This document shows positions 55,979 to 64,000 of a DNA stretch of 64,000 nucleotides, one piece after another. Made by a program: the position numbers and the translations under genes. Position 1 is the first letter of the stretch; the number at the start of each line of letters is the position of its first letter. The DNA is from a virus. Taxonomy: Duplodnaviria > Heunggongvirae > Uroviricota > Caudoviricetes. A model generated the notes under the pieces. That model was not told where the DNA came from. It ran no database searches and saw nothing but the letters and a program-made list of their open reading frames with translations. The stretch lies in the IMG/VR virus record IMGVR_UViG_3300031911_000001, positions 101,881-165,880 of that record; one strand, written 5' to 3'.

Positions 55979-57283
55979 ATGAAAATGACTCAACTGGTCA
56001 CTGAAGCAATGAAGGGTAAGTGGGCCGAAGTTCTTAATGAGGACGTCAGTGGCCCAGCTGGTTTGACACGCGAAGACATCATGGTTCGCCTGATGGAAAA
56101 TCAGGAACAATGGTGTGACAAGAACCCCGCAATGGTTCGCATGGATGAAACCGCTGCATCGACAAACGGTGTTGCTGGTATCGCCACATGGACCCCGGTT
56201 CTGATCAAGATGGTTCGCCGTCTGGTTCCGAATCTGGTCGCAACTGACTTCTTCGGTACACAGCCTCTGGCTACACCTGACGGTCTGATCTTTGCGATGC
56301 GCGCTCGCTACACGTCGCAAACCGGCACTGAAGCCTTCTACAACGAACCGAACACTGCATTCAGCGGTACTGGCACTCACAGTGCTGACCCGTTTGAAGG
56401 TGCGTCGGCTGGTACGGTTCCTACGACCGGCACCGGTATGGCTACTTCGGCAGCTGAACTGCTCGGCGCGTCCGGTGGTACTGCTTGGGGCAAGATGGCT
56501 GTTAGCATCGAAAAGTCCAGCGTGACTGCAAAGTCGCGTGGTCTGTATGCTGACTACACACACGAACTGCGTCAGGACATGATGGCTGTTCACGGCGAAG
56601 ACGTGGATGCGATCCTGAGCGACGTGCTCGTGACGGAAATCCAAGCGGAAATGAACCGTGAGTTCATCCGTACCATGAACATCGCTGGTAAGTGGTCTAC
56701 CCTGCCTGCGACGACTGCCAAGGTGTTCGACCTCGTGGCCGATACCGATGGTCGTTGGTTCCTGGAACGCCTGAAGAGCTTCATGTTCCGTATCGAACTG
56801 GAAGCCAACACCATTGCCAAGGACACACGTCGCGGCAAGGGTAACCGTATGCTGTGCTCCGCAAACGTGGCCTCCGCTCTGGCGATGGCTGGTCTGCTGG
56901 ACTACAACATCAGCAACCTCGACGGTCAGAAGAACCTGAGCGTGGACGTGACGGGTCAAACCTTCGCAGGTGTCCTGTCCAACGGTATGCGCGTCTACAT
57001 TGACCCGTATGCTGGCGTTGACTACTACAACATCGGCTACAAGGGTCCGACGGAACTGGATGCGGGTATCTTCTTCGCTCCTTACACTCCGCTGGAAATG
57101 TACCGCACCGTTGGTGAAGACAACATGAACCCACGTATGGCGTTCAAGACGCGCTACGGTCTGGCTGCCAACCCGTTCTACTACCAAGACGCGGCTGGTA
57201 CTGTTGCAACGGGCAAGGGTCTGGGCGACAACGAAAACGGATACTTCCGTAAGGCCAAGGTGGTCAACCTGATCGGTGGTTAA
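55979..57283 (+). CDS. gp23: Major capsid protein
   Basis: PVLI.MVRR..PNL.A....G.QP...P.GLIFAMR.RY, V.AKSR.L.A.YT.EL.QD..AVHG.D, AFKTRYG...NP; the start may be ATG 55985. Confidence 0.98.
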   Translation: MKMTQLVTEAMKGKWAEVLNEDVSGPAGLTREDIMVRLMENQEQWCDKNPAMVRMDETAASTNGVAGIATWTPVLIKMVRRLVPNLVATDFFGTQPLATPDGLIFAMRARYTSQTGTEAFYNEPNTAFSGTGTHSADPFEGASAGTVPTTGTGMATSAAELLGASGGTAWGKMAVSIEKSSVTAKSRGLYADYTHELRQDMMAVHGEDVDAILSDVLVTEIQAEMNREFIRTMNIAGKWSTLPATTAKVFDLVADTDGRWFLERLKSFMFRIELEANTIAKDTRRGKGNRMLCSANVASALAMAGLLDYNISNLDGQKNLSVDVTGQTFAGVLSNGMRVYIDPYAGVDYYNIGYKGPTELDAGIFFAPYTPLEMYRTVGEDNMNPRMAFKTRYGLAANPFYYQDAAGTVATGKGLGDNENGYFRKAKVVNLIGG

Positions 57284-57306
57284 TCCCCACTAGGTCGGTA
57301 AACAAA

Positions 57307-57333
57307 GAAAGGGGCTTCGGCCCTTTTCTTTTG
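57307..57333 (+). terminator. Rho-independent terminator, cUUCGg loop
   Basis: GAAAGGGGC-TTCG-GCCCTTTTC-TTTT. Confidence 0.9.
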
Positions 57334-57364
57334 CGTGGAAACAGCACGTAGATGCACGCAATAG

Positions 57365-57392
57365 AAAACCCGGTACACAGACACCGGGTTTT
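57365..57392 (-). terminator. Hairpin, probable terminator of convergent minus-strand genes
   Basis: AAAACCCGGT/ACCGGGTTTT 10-bp stem. Confidence 0.6.
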
Positions 57393-57413
57393 GTTCTAGG
57401 GCCTCTAATCGCC

Positions 57414-57758
57414 TCAGAGCCTGTCAGTGATCCTGCTCTCTGACTTCTTCGCTGGGAACACCTTACGCCAGACATCACTGAGACTGGTGTTGAACATCTC
57501 CGATCCACCGATGAACATGTAGAACTTGACGAACAAGCTACACGCGATCACGATCAACATGATGCTAGTTGCCGCAAGGTTCATCATCGGAATGCAGGAG
57601 AAGAGCAAGAGTGTCAAGAAGGTCCCGACACTCATGTCCCATGGCTTCTTCTCATCCAGCGTCTTACGGAGGTACGCCCAGCCACTAACCAACACGCACA
57701 GGGCCACTGGAACGAACTGGTTTGACAGGAGGAACGACAGGAGCTGGTCTTTTTGCAT
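57414..57758 (-). CDS. Membrane protein
   Basis: From MQKDQLL; three hydrophobic segments. Confidence 0.6.
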   Translation of the reverse strand: MQKDQLLSFLLSNQFVPVALCVLVSGWAYLRKTLDEKKPWDMSVGTFLTLLLFSCIPMMNLAATSIMLIVIACSLFVKFYMFIGGSEMFNTSLSDVWRKVFPAKKSESRITDRL

Positions 57759-58188
57759 CTTGTTCTTTCTTGAAATGACGAAGTAGTGAGGCGAGATCGT
57801 TGAACTCCTTGGTATCTGGATTCCAGCCGACTGTGAACGTTTCTTTGTGGTTGTATCCTTGGCCGGCAGGATACCACCGGGCCTTGAATCCGAAGGACTC
57901 TTTCCATTTGATGGCAGTCTCATCGTCATCCAACATGATGACCGCATTCTCTGGACAGACCCAGTAGAGATCGGGTCGTGGATCCCATGTGTCGTCTTCA
58001 TAGGCGGCATAGCTGCGTTGATATCGGTATTTCACGAGTCGGACCAGATCACCGATCTTGTGAGTCTTGCCACACTGGCAAGGGCGCTTGTAGTTGGCAC
58101 GGAAGACAGCCATCTGTTCTTCGATTTTCTTGACCTCCAGCTGCTTCTCAGCTAGGCTCTTTTCGAGCATGGTGTAGATACGGCTCAT
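57685..58188 (-). CDS. Hypothetical protein with CxC/C motifs
   Basis: From MSRIYTM with GGAG RBS. Confidence 0.55.
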   Translation of the reverse strand: MSRIYTMLEKSLAEKQLEVKKIEEQMAVFRANYKRPCQCGKTHKIGDLVRLVKYRYQRSYAAYEDDTWDPRPDLYWVCPENAVIMLDDDETAIKWKESFGFKARWYPAGQGYNHKETFTVGWNPDTKEFNDLASLLRHFKKEQDAKRPAPVVPPVKPVRSSGPVRVG

Positions 58189-58376
58189 GGGAGTTCTCCG
58201 ACGGGTAGCACTTTGCTGGTGATGTAGACGCCAATGGCAATCGACAAGAGGATGCCGATGATTGCCGTCGGTCGGCTCTTGCTGGTGAACAGGTAGAACG
58301 CTGTCAGCAGCCCGATGATGATGTTGTGATATTGGTCTTCGGTGATCAAAACTTGATCCTCCATCCAAAGGTCCAC
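58185..58376 (-). CDS. Small membrane protein
   Basis: Two hydrophobic helices; start uncertain. Confidence 0.45.
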   Translation of the reverse strand: MDLWMEDQVLITEDQYHNIIIGLLTAFYLFTSKSRPTAIIGILLSIAIGVYITSKVLPVGELP

Positions 58377-58471
58377 AGGTCAATCCTGAAGAACCAGTTC
58401 CCGTCGTGCTTCCCGAACCCGATTCGAAGCATTCGGTTTTGCTTGTCGAGCGGTAGTCTTTCTTGTTGCAT
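58346..58471 (-). CDS. Small hypothetical protein
   Basis: MQQERLPLDKQNRMLRIGFGKHDGNWFFRIDLW; overlaps the HNH C-terminus. Confidence 0.35.
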   Translation of the reverse strand: MQQERLPLDKQNRMLRIGFGKHDGNWFFRIDLWTFGWRIKF

Positions 58472-58784
58472 TTCGTCGCTTCTCTCTGAGTTGCATGTTG
58501 GTCTTCGGGGTGCAGACTTTGAGGTGCTCAAACCTGATGCACTTTCGATTCACGCACTTGTGATCGACGTGCATGTCCTTGCGAACCTTGCGTCCTCGCA
58601 TGACTTCAACCATCAGGCGATGACCCTTCTTTTTCTTGACCTTGCCGTCTTCCCGGACTGACACCTTGGAGTAGCCATCACGACCACATGCTGCAGTCCA
58701 CTGGTAGCAGGGACCGAGCTTAGGATTGACGATGACTTCTTCGGTATTGGCGATGAGCCGGGAGAACAGGTCTGGGTATTTCAT
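58380..58784 (-). CDS. HNH endonuclease (HNH_3 / His-Cys type)
   Basis: C..W......GY, HR, VDHKCVNRKC....HL...T...N. Confidence 0.85.
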   Translation of the reverse strand: MKYPDLFSRLIANTEEVIVNPKLGPCYQWTAACGRDGYSKVSVREDGKVKKKKGHRLMVEVMRGRKVRKDMHVDHKCVNRKCIRFEHLKVCTPKTNMQLREKRRNATRKTTARQAKPNASNRVREARRELVLQD

Positions 58785-58808
58785 GATGAATAAAGGTCAA
58801 GTTCACGC

Positions 58809-58829
58809 AGTGTACCCCGAAACCTTCAA
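58809..58829 (-). promoter_or_regulatory. Short-spacer promoter (TTGAAG-9-TACACT)
   Basis: Recurring motif upstream of the HNH gene. Confidence 0.5.
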
Positions 58830-59285
58830 TCAACTCTGAGTTAGTTGCTTCCATTGCAGCATGTTGCGAATGTCATACGTGCGACCCTTGGCAACCTTGA
58901 TGGAATCTTCGACGAACTTGACGCGCATGTCGGCATCTGCTACTGCACCCTTGACAGTACGAATCTTCTCGTCGATGTTGAGGTACTGGTCCATCTCGGT
59001 CTTAAGGACCGTGACGTTGAGAGGCTCTGCCCGGTACTCGGCCCCGGTGGCCTTGCCACTGTAGTAGCGCTTGCGATCGTGGACCACCTTGTCGTGTAGG
59101 CCCATGATGTCCCGTAGGCGTCGGCTCTCGACCTGAAGCAGGCGGTAGAGGTCCACGAAGATGCGAGAGGTCTTGGCCTGCTCACGATCAAGGTTCGTGG
59201 TGTCGATGTTGAGCATCTCGTTGACGTACTCGGTCAACTGCTCAAAGGTAGGGTCAGCCAGAGCGGCGTATTCGGTTGAGTTCAT
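58830..59285 (-). CDS. uvsY: Recombination mediator UvsY
   Basis: ID...LD.E..KT, RYYSGKA...EY...P....VLKTE...YL..D, I...R.Y.IRN...W. Confidence 0.88.
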   Translation of the reverse strand: MNSTEYAALADPTFEQLTEYVNEMLNIDTTNLDREQAKTSRIFVDLYRLLQVESRRLRDIMGLHDKVVHDRKRYYSGKATGAEYRAEPLNVTVLKTEMDQYLNIDEKIRTVKGAVADADMRVKFVEDSIKVAKGRTYDIRNMLQWKQLTQS

Positions 59286-59291
59286 GACTAA

Positions 59292-59314
59292 ATTCTAACG
59301 TTAGGCAAGTTCAA
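59292..59314 (-). promoter_or_regulatory. Short-spacer promoter (TTGAAC-11-TAGAAT)
   Basis: ATG of uvsY lies 6 nt after the -10. Confidence 0.5.
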
Positions 59315-59774
59315 CATCACTGCGAGCAAACTTCATTCTTTCATATTTGATTTGGACGCTGCTCTGCAAATCAGATGTCAAATTCTCGATATCAAAAAGG
59401 AAGCCCGTCAATACAACCGGCCAAGCATTTGTGAAATCGATCCTGAGCCCGCGAAGGTTACCATTGGTGTCCAGCAGGTGGATTGAAAGGTCTCTTAGAG
59501 TAGGTTCATTCTCTGTGGTGCATGCAAGGAGCCATTCATAAAGCTCTTCGTAGTTCCTGAAATCCTCATCGATGAGAAAGTCGAAGCTGAGGTCGTCCAA
59601 CACCACATGATCGCCGGGAACAACCAATGAAACGTTCTCCGAACCCCCGAGCTCTGACACCCCGGCTGAGGCTGATGGGATCACAGCACTGATGATCTTG
59701 AACGTGAGGCCTTCCATACCTTGGAAGACGGCCATCCATTTGTTGCCATGAGCATTGTTCAAATTTGTAGTCAT
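59301..59774 (-). CDS. gp3: Tail tube terminator/completion protein
   Basis: IP....G.S...G......PGDH...DDL...FLIDE...NY.E.Y.W, F..AWP..L; ATG 59774. Confidence 0.85.
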   Translation of the reverse strand: MTTNLNNAHGNKWMAVFQGMEGLTFKIISAVIPSASAGVSELGGSENVSLVVPGDHVVLDDLSFDFLIDEDFRNYEELYEWLLACTTENEPTLRDLSIHLLDTNGNLRGLRIDFTNAWPVVLTGFLFDIENLTSDLQSSVQIKYERMKFARSDVELA

Positions 59775-59799
59775 TGGTAATCCATTAGAATAATCACGG

Positions 59800-59805
59800 T
59801 ATTTA
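59800..59805 (-). promoter_or_regulatory. Late promoter TAAATA for gp3
   Basis: 25 nt upstream of the ATG. Confidence 0.65.
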
Positions 59806-59815
59806 AAGGAAGTGA

Positions 59816-62503
59816 ATGACACGGTTCTACACAAACGTCGAGCGTAGAGGGCAAAAGATCTACCTCAAGTATGCCGACAAGGCAACGGGTAAGCGAGGCA
59901 AGACAGAGTCCTCCTTCAAGCCCAATCTCTTCATCCAGACGCGTAACGCCGAGAAGGCTGTAGCGAAGGACTTCTGGGATCGTGACCTCGAAAAGATCGA
60001 GTTCGAGAACATGAAGGAAATGAGCGAGTTCATCGAACGGTACAAGGGTATCGGCGGCTATCGCATCTACGGTCAACGTGATCCCTCCTTCCAGTTCATC
60101 GACCGGTACTTCCCGGGCAAGATCGACTTCGACCCGAACATGATCCACGGGGGCATCGTCGACATTGAAGTCTTCTCGGGTGACATTGAGGTCAAGGAAG
60201 ACGGCAGCTATGGGGTGATCCGGGGGCCATTCCCAGATGCGACGAATGCGGACTACCCGATCTCGATGCTGACGATCCGTCACCAGCACACGGGGCTGTA
60301 TCATGTTTGGGGGCTCGAGACGTTCAAGGGTCACAAGATCGGCACCTACGTTCACAACCCAGACCATGATCGGGTCGGTAAGCTGTCTGTCATCTACAAG
60401 GGGTTTGACGACGAGAAGGACATGCTCGCCGACATGGTGATGTGGTGGCAAGAGCAGGACTTTGACTACACCTCTGGTTGGTACTACGAGGAGTTCGACG
60501 TCCCCTACTTGGTGAACCGGACGAAGAAGATGCTCGGTGCGACCATGTCCACCAAGTTCAGCCCTTGGGGTGTCATCAAGGAACGGACGATCAACAGCCC
60601 ACGCGGTGAGGTTCCGACCTACGAGTTCATGGGCTCATCGATCTTGGACATGCTGAACCTGTTCAAGAAGCACGCGTTTATGCAACCACCGAACTGGAAG
60701 CTGAACACTGTCGCCATGCTGGTCTTGGGCGAGGAGAAGATCAGTTACGACGATGAGGGTAGCCTCAACAACCTGTACGTGCTGAACTACCAGAAGTCGG
60801 TCGAGTACAACATCATCGACGTTGACCTCGTCTACCGTCTCGACAAGAAGATGCAATTCTTCTTGCTTACCTACATCCTGGCCTACCTGACGAAGAGCAA
60901 CTACGCTGACACCCTAGGGACCGTGAAGCCATGGTCTGCACTAGCGACCAGCAAGCTCAACGAGAGGGGGATTCAACCTGAACTGCGTGGTGTGAGCCAA
61001 GCGGCCAAGGACATCGTAGGCGGCTTCGTCAAGGAAGTCGTACCGGGCTTCTACCGTTGGGTCGTGAGCGGGGACTTGAACAGCCTCTATCCTCACCTGA
61101 TGCAGCAGTACAACCTCGGCGTCGATACGATCCTTGAGCCACATGAGGTGCCCCAAGAAGTCCAGGACTCGATCCCGAACAACTTCACTATCGATGACCT
61201 TGTCGAGAAGAGGATTGACCTGAGTGTGTTGAAAAAATACAACATCACCATGACGGCCAATCGCCAGTTCTTCCGCAAGGATCGAATGGCCATCTTCAAT
61301 GAACTGACCCGTGAAATCTACACCGGTCGAGCCACGGTGAAGAAGGACATGAAGAAGGATGAACAGGAGCTGGTCAACCTGTTGGACTACCTGAAGAAGA
61401 ACGATGCAGACGCCAAGGATCACCCCGATGTGTTGGCCCTTGAGACTGCGATTGCCACCAAGAACAACACCCAGCAGGCCTACAAGATTCTGATGAACGG
61501 CTTGTACGGTGCGATGGCAAACAAATACTTCACAGAGTACTTTGACACCCGGATCGCCGAGGGCATCACGACCAGCGGCCAGCTCTCGATCAAGTGGATC
61601 AGCCGCAAGGCCAATGAGTACTTCAACAAGGTGCTCGGGACTACGAACGTCGACTATGTGGTTGCCAACGACACTGACTCGATGTACCTGACATTGGCTC
61701 CGTTGATCGACAAACTCTTCCCGGGTGAGAAGCAGCAGGGCAACGAGAACTGGCACAAGGTTGCCAACTTCATCGACAAGCTCTTCAAGGAGAAGATTGA
61801 GCCCTACATCGACGAGTGCTATGCAGAGCTCGCCGAGTACATGAATGCCCATGACCAGCGAATGTTCATGAAGCGTGAGACCATTGCTGTGTCTGCCATC
61901 TGGGCGGCCAAGAAGCGCTACGTGATGTATGCCATCGACGTCGAGGGTGTGCGCTACCCGACTCCGAAGGTCAAGTACACGGGCGTCGATGCCAAGCGGT
62001 CTACCTTCCCAGAGAAGTGCCGTGAGTGGATGGTCGAATGCTATGAGATCGCCCTCTCGGGAACTGAGAAAGAGCTGCAGGCCCGGGTGAAGGAGATCAA
62101 GGCAGAGTACATGAAGCAGACGATCATGGACATTGCTGGGGTGACCGGGGTCAACAACCTCGAACAGTTCGCCGATGCAAACACCGTCTTCGTCAAGGGC
62201 TCACCGAGACACGTCAAGGCCAGCTTGTTCCATAACAAGCTGATCAAAGACTTGGGGATCACCCGGCTCAAGGAGATTCAGTCAGGAGACAAAATCCTGC
62301 TGGTCAACCTCAAGAAGGGTGCCCCTCAGGGTATCGAAGCCATCGCCTTCCAAGGTGACCTGCCAGTCGAGTTCGGCCTCCACAAGTACGTTGATTACCA
62401 ATCGACCTACGAAAAGACCTTCCTCGAACCGGTGATGAACCTGATGCACGCGATCAACTGGTCGGCTGAGCCACGGGCCAACGTGATGGACTTCTTCTCA
62501 TGA
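59816..62503 (+). CDS. gp43: Family B DNA polymerase
   Basis: DIEV exonuclease, YNIIDV, GDLNSLYP, KILMNGLYG, NDTDS, KKRY; no intein or intron evident. Confidence 0.98.
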   Translation: MTRFYTNVERRGQKIYLKYADKATGKRGKTESSFKPNLFIQTRNAEKAVAKDFWDRDLEKIEFENMKEMSEFIERYKGIGGYRIYGQRDPSFQFIDRYFPGKIDFDPNMIHGGIVDIEVFSGDIEVKEDGSYGVIRGPFPDATNADYPISMLTIRHQHTGLYHVWGLETFKGHKIGTYVHNPDHDRVGKLSVIYKGFDDEKDMLADMVMWWQEQDFDYTSGWYYEEFDVPYLVNRTKKMLGATMSTKFSPWGVIKERTINSPRGEVPTYEFMGSSILDMLNLFKKHAFMQPPNWKLNTVAMLVLGEEKISYDDEGSLNNLYVLNYQKSVEYNIIDVDLVYRLDKKMQFFLLTYILAYLTKSNYADTLGTVKPWSALATSKLNERGIQPELRGVSQAAKDIVGGFVKEVVPGFYRWVVSGDLNSLYPHLMQQYNLGVDTILEPHEVPQEVQDSIPNNFTIDDLVEKRIDLSVLKKYNITMTANRQFFRKDRMAIFNELTREIYTGRATVKKDMKKDEQELVNLLDYLKKNDADAKDHPDVLALETAIATKNNTQQAYKILMNGLYGAMANKYFTEYFDTRIAEGITTSGQLSIKWISRKANEYFNKVLGTTNVDYVVANDTDSMYLTLAPLIDKLFPGEKQQGNENWHKVANFIDKLFKEKIEPYIDECYAELAEYMNAHDQRMFMKRETIAVSAIWAAKKRYVMYAIDVEGVRYPTPKVKYTGVDAKRSTFPEKCREWMVECYEIALSGTEKELQARVKEIKAEYMKQTIMDIAGVTGVNNLEQFADANTVFVKGSPRHVKASLFHNKLIKDLGITRLKEIQSGDKILLVNLKKGAPQGIEAIAFQGDLPVEFGLHKYVDYQSTYEKTFLEPVMNLMHAINWSAEPRANVMDFFS

Positions 62504-62757
62504 GCCAATGGCGAATCCTCTCCTCTGCCTTGATCCACGAGAGCCCCTCGGCTCAACATTTCGTCGCATTGATGAATGAGCAGGCTCAACCGTTTGACTA
62601 TTCTATGATTGGCCTTCAGCGTATCATGATGTACGCTCGTGGGATGATCAGTCCTCACGGAAACCCGAGCTTGGCCATTGCCCCCGATGGGTCTATCCAC
62701 ACAAGCCTCATGTCAGTTTGTTTGTGGATAGACAGAAATGCTCGGGGAGCTATGTAG
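62500..62757 (+). CDS. Hypothetical protein
   Basis: ATGA overlap with gp43. Confidence 0.5.
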   Translation: MSQWRILSSALIHESPSAQHFVALMNEQAQPFDYSMIGLQRIMMYARGMISPHGNPSLAIAPDGSIHTSLMSVCLWIDRNARGAM

Positions 62758-62760
62758 CCC

Positions 62761-62781
62761 TTGAGTCAGTCACGGTATACT
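62761..62781 (+). promoter_or_regulatory. Short-spacer promoter (TTGAGT-9-TATACT)
   Basis: Upstream of denV; overlaps a hairpin covering the RBS. Confidence 0.5.
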
Positions 62782-62813
62782 CCTGGATGTGGAAACATGT
62801 CCAGGAGTAGACT

Positions 62814-63311
62814 ATGACCAGAATCAACCTAATCAATCCGTCTATGTTGACGGATCAACATTTGATGGCCGAGTACCGTGAGATCAAGATGATCAATGCG
62901 GCCCTCGGCCGTTCCAAACAGACCAAGACGACCGAAGAGATTCTCTGTTCGATCCCCCACACGTTCTGCCTCGGAGCCGGCCACGTCAAGTTCTTTTATG
63001 ACAAGGGCCGATATCTTTTCAACCGGTATCTGAAGATCAGGGCCGAGTTGCTGTATCGAAACTACAAGATTGATGGGCTTGCCTCCGTCTACCCATGGTC
63101 CAACCACTTCCCAGAGGACATCTACTTCAAGGACTGGTCTCCTGCAGAGGCTGATCTTGGCCTCATCAAGGCTCGTATCCAAGAGCGTATCGACATGAAG
63201 CCTGAGTGGTATCGCTACCATGGCAAAAAGTTGAACCCGATCACACTGGAACTGTTGACCTTCAGAAACGGCAGTGTTAACATTGCAGCTTCAATTACCG
63301 GATGGGAATGA
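62814..63311 (+). CDS. denV: Pyrimidine-dimer DNA glycosylase (endonuclease V)
   Basis: MTRINL..P..LTDQHLMAEYREI, F.LG.GHVKFFYDK. Confidence 0.95.
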   Translation: MTRINLINPSMLTDQHLMAEYREIKMINAALGRSKQTKTTEEILCSIPHTFCLGAGHVKFFYDKGRYLFNRYLKIRAELLYRNYKIDGLASVYPWSNHFPEDIYFKDWSPAEADLGLIKARIQERIDMKPEWYRYHGKKLNPITLELLTFRNGSVNIAASITGWE

Positions 63312-64000
63312 ATATGACCAGAATCGTTTACAACATTAGCAATGAGTATGGCAACCTGACAGTGACGCCGGTGGAGAACGAACCGGTTGCCAGACTCATT
63401 GACGACTGTGATCCTATGAATTGGCTGTTGGAGTCCACCCCGCCACCAGTCGAAAAGCCGAGGGGCAACCTACAACCGTTCGGCATCGAAAAGACCTTTG
63501 TCACCCACAGCTGGGCACAGGGCACCAATGATCGGGTGGAGGAGCGGATTGAAGACAAACATGAAGCCATTGCAGAAAAGATCAGCGCGGTGCTGGGTGA
63601 CAAGGTCTGGGACACTGGGACAGACCCCGGATGCGTAGAGATCGCCAGTAAGCCGATGACATCAATCGAAGAGGCAAAGGAATTCTTCGATATGACAGCC
63701 GAGCTAGCCGTCAAGAAGTTCCGGCTGCGTCACGTCTCGCCATCGATTGTCGGCCCCGGTGGTCATATCCACGTCGAGAGACCCGATGACGTGGAACATC
63801 GGGTGGCCATCCGCAATTTTGCCATGCTGTTCCCTTACATGAACGCCTTCGGTCATCCGCTGGACCAAATGAACCTGCCGTCCCCGGGCTTCGGCTTCCT
63901 CTATGATCTCATCAGGGGAGCCAACGACCTCAGGTATCGCAATGGCTACTACAGGGAAGCATTTGAAAGCAAGAGCATCCTCAAGGTATGCGAACAGCTG
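63308..64000 (+). CDS. Putative amidoligase (COOH-NH2 ligase, GCS/GS fold), truncated by window edge
   Basis: Manually translated: PFGIEKTF...TDPGCVEIASKPM...GPGGHIHV; open to the end of the window. Confidence 0.7.
   Translation, partial: MNMTRIVYNISNEYGNLTVTPVENEPVARLIDDCDPMNWLLESTPPPVEKPRGNLQPFGIEKTFVTHSWAQGTNDRVEERIEDKHEAIAEKISAVLGDKVWDTGTDPGCVEIASKPMTSIEEAKEFFDMTAELAVKKFRLRHVSPSIVGPGGHIHVERPDDVEHRVAIRNFAMLFPYMNAFGHPLDQMNLPSPGFGFLYDLIRGANDLRYRNGYYREAFESKSILKVCEQL

Noticed and set aside
49930-57187. Long minus-strand ORFs (375 aa, 507 aa and others) opposite gp18-gp23
   Set aside because: Antisense to unambiguous structural genes; no independent signals.
59816-62503. Intein or intron in DNA polymerase, terminase or capsid genes
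   Set aside because: Lengths and motif order are continuous, with no splicing motifs seen.
62814-63325. Identical 12-nt starts (ATGACCAGAATC) of denV and the amidoligase
   Set aside because: Too short to distinguish from chance or shared initiation preference.
1-64000. tRNA, tmRNA, rRNA, CRISPR arrays, integrase or transposase
   Set aside because: None recognised by eye; tRNAscan-SE, Aragorn and CRISPR finders were not run.

Overview
This 64-kb window comes from a lytic T4-superfamily myovirus genome, not a bacterial chromosome. It is GC-rich and of the distant, VrlC-containing type; a Proteobacterial host is only an inference. 1-25.3 kb (mostly minus strand) is an accessory/replication arm. 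It carries a glycosyltransferase-HAD phosphatase-inositol-1-phosphate synthase cluster, an SGNH lipoprotein and two late Ig/PKD proteins sharing an N-terminal module. It also carries a 7-deazaguanine cluster (dpdA-like, folE, queD) and an Alt-like ADP-ribosyltransferase divergent from an ADP-ribosylhydrolase. Further on are dexA, MazG-like, macrodomain and RNA-repair genes, then thyX, regA, gp62, gp44 and gp45. 25.7-57.3 kb (plus strand) is the morphogenesis block: gp6, gp7-like, several fibre/adhesin modules, VrlC-like, and gp13-gp23. 57.4-64 kb holds an HNH gene, uvsY, gp3, DNA polymerase gp43, denV and a truncated amidoligase. I read three promoter classes by eye: sigma70-like, late TAA(A/G)TA, and an unusual TTGAnn-N9-11-(-10) class. 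A structured ~320-nt intergenic region is a candidate ncRNA. The best candidates for undescribed biology are the inositol/glycosyltransferase operon, the divergent ADP-ribosylation writer/eraser pair, the incomplete deazaguanine pathway with an unknown overlapping gene, and the short-spacer promoter class with hairpin-gated translation. All family calls come from motif recognition without database searches. I saw no tRNA, rRNA or CRISPR array.
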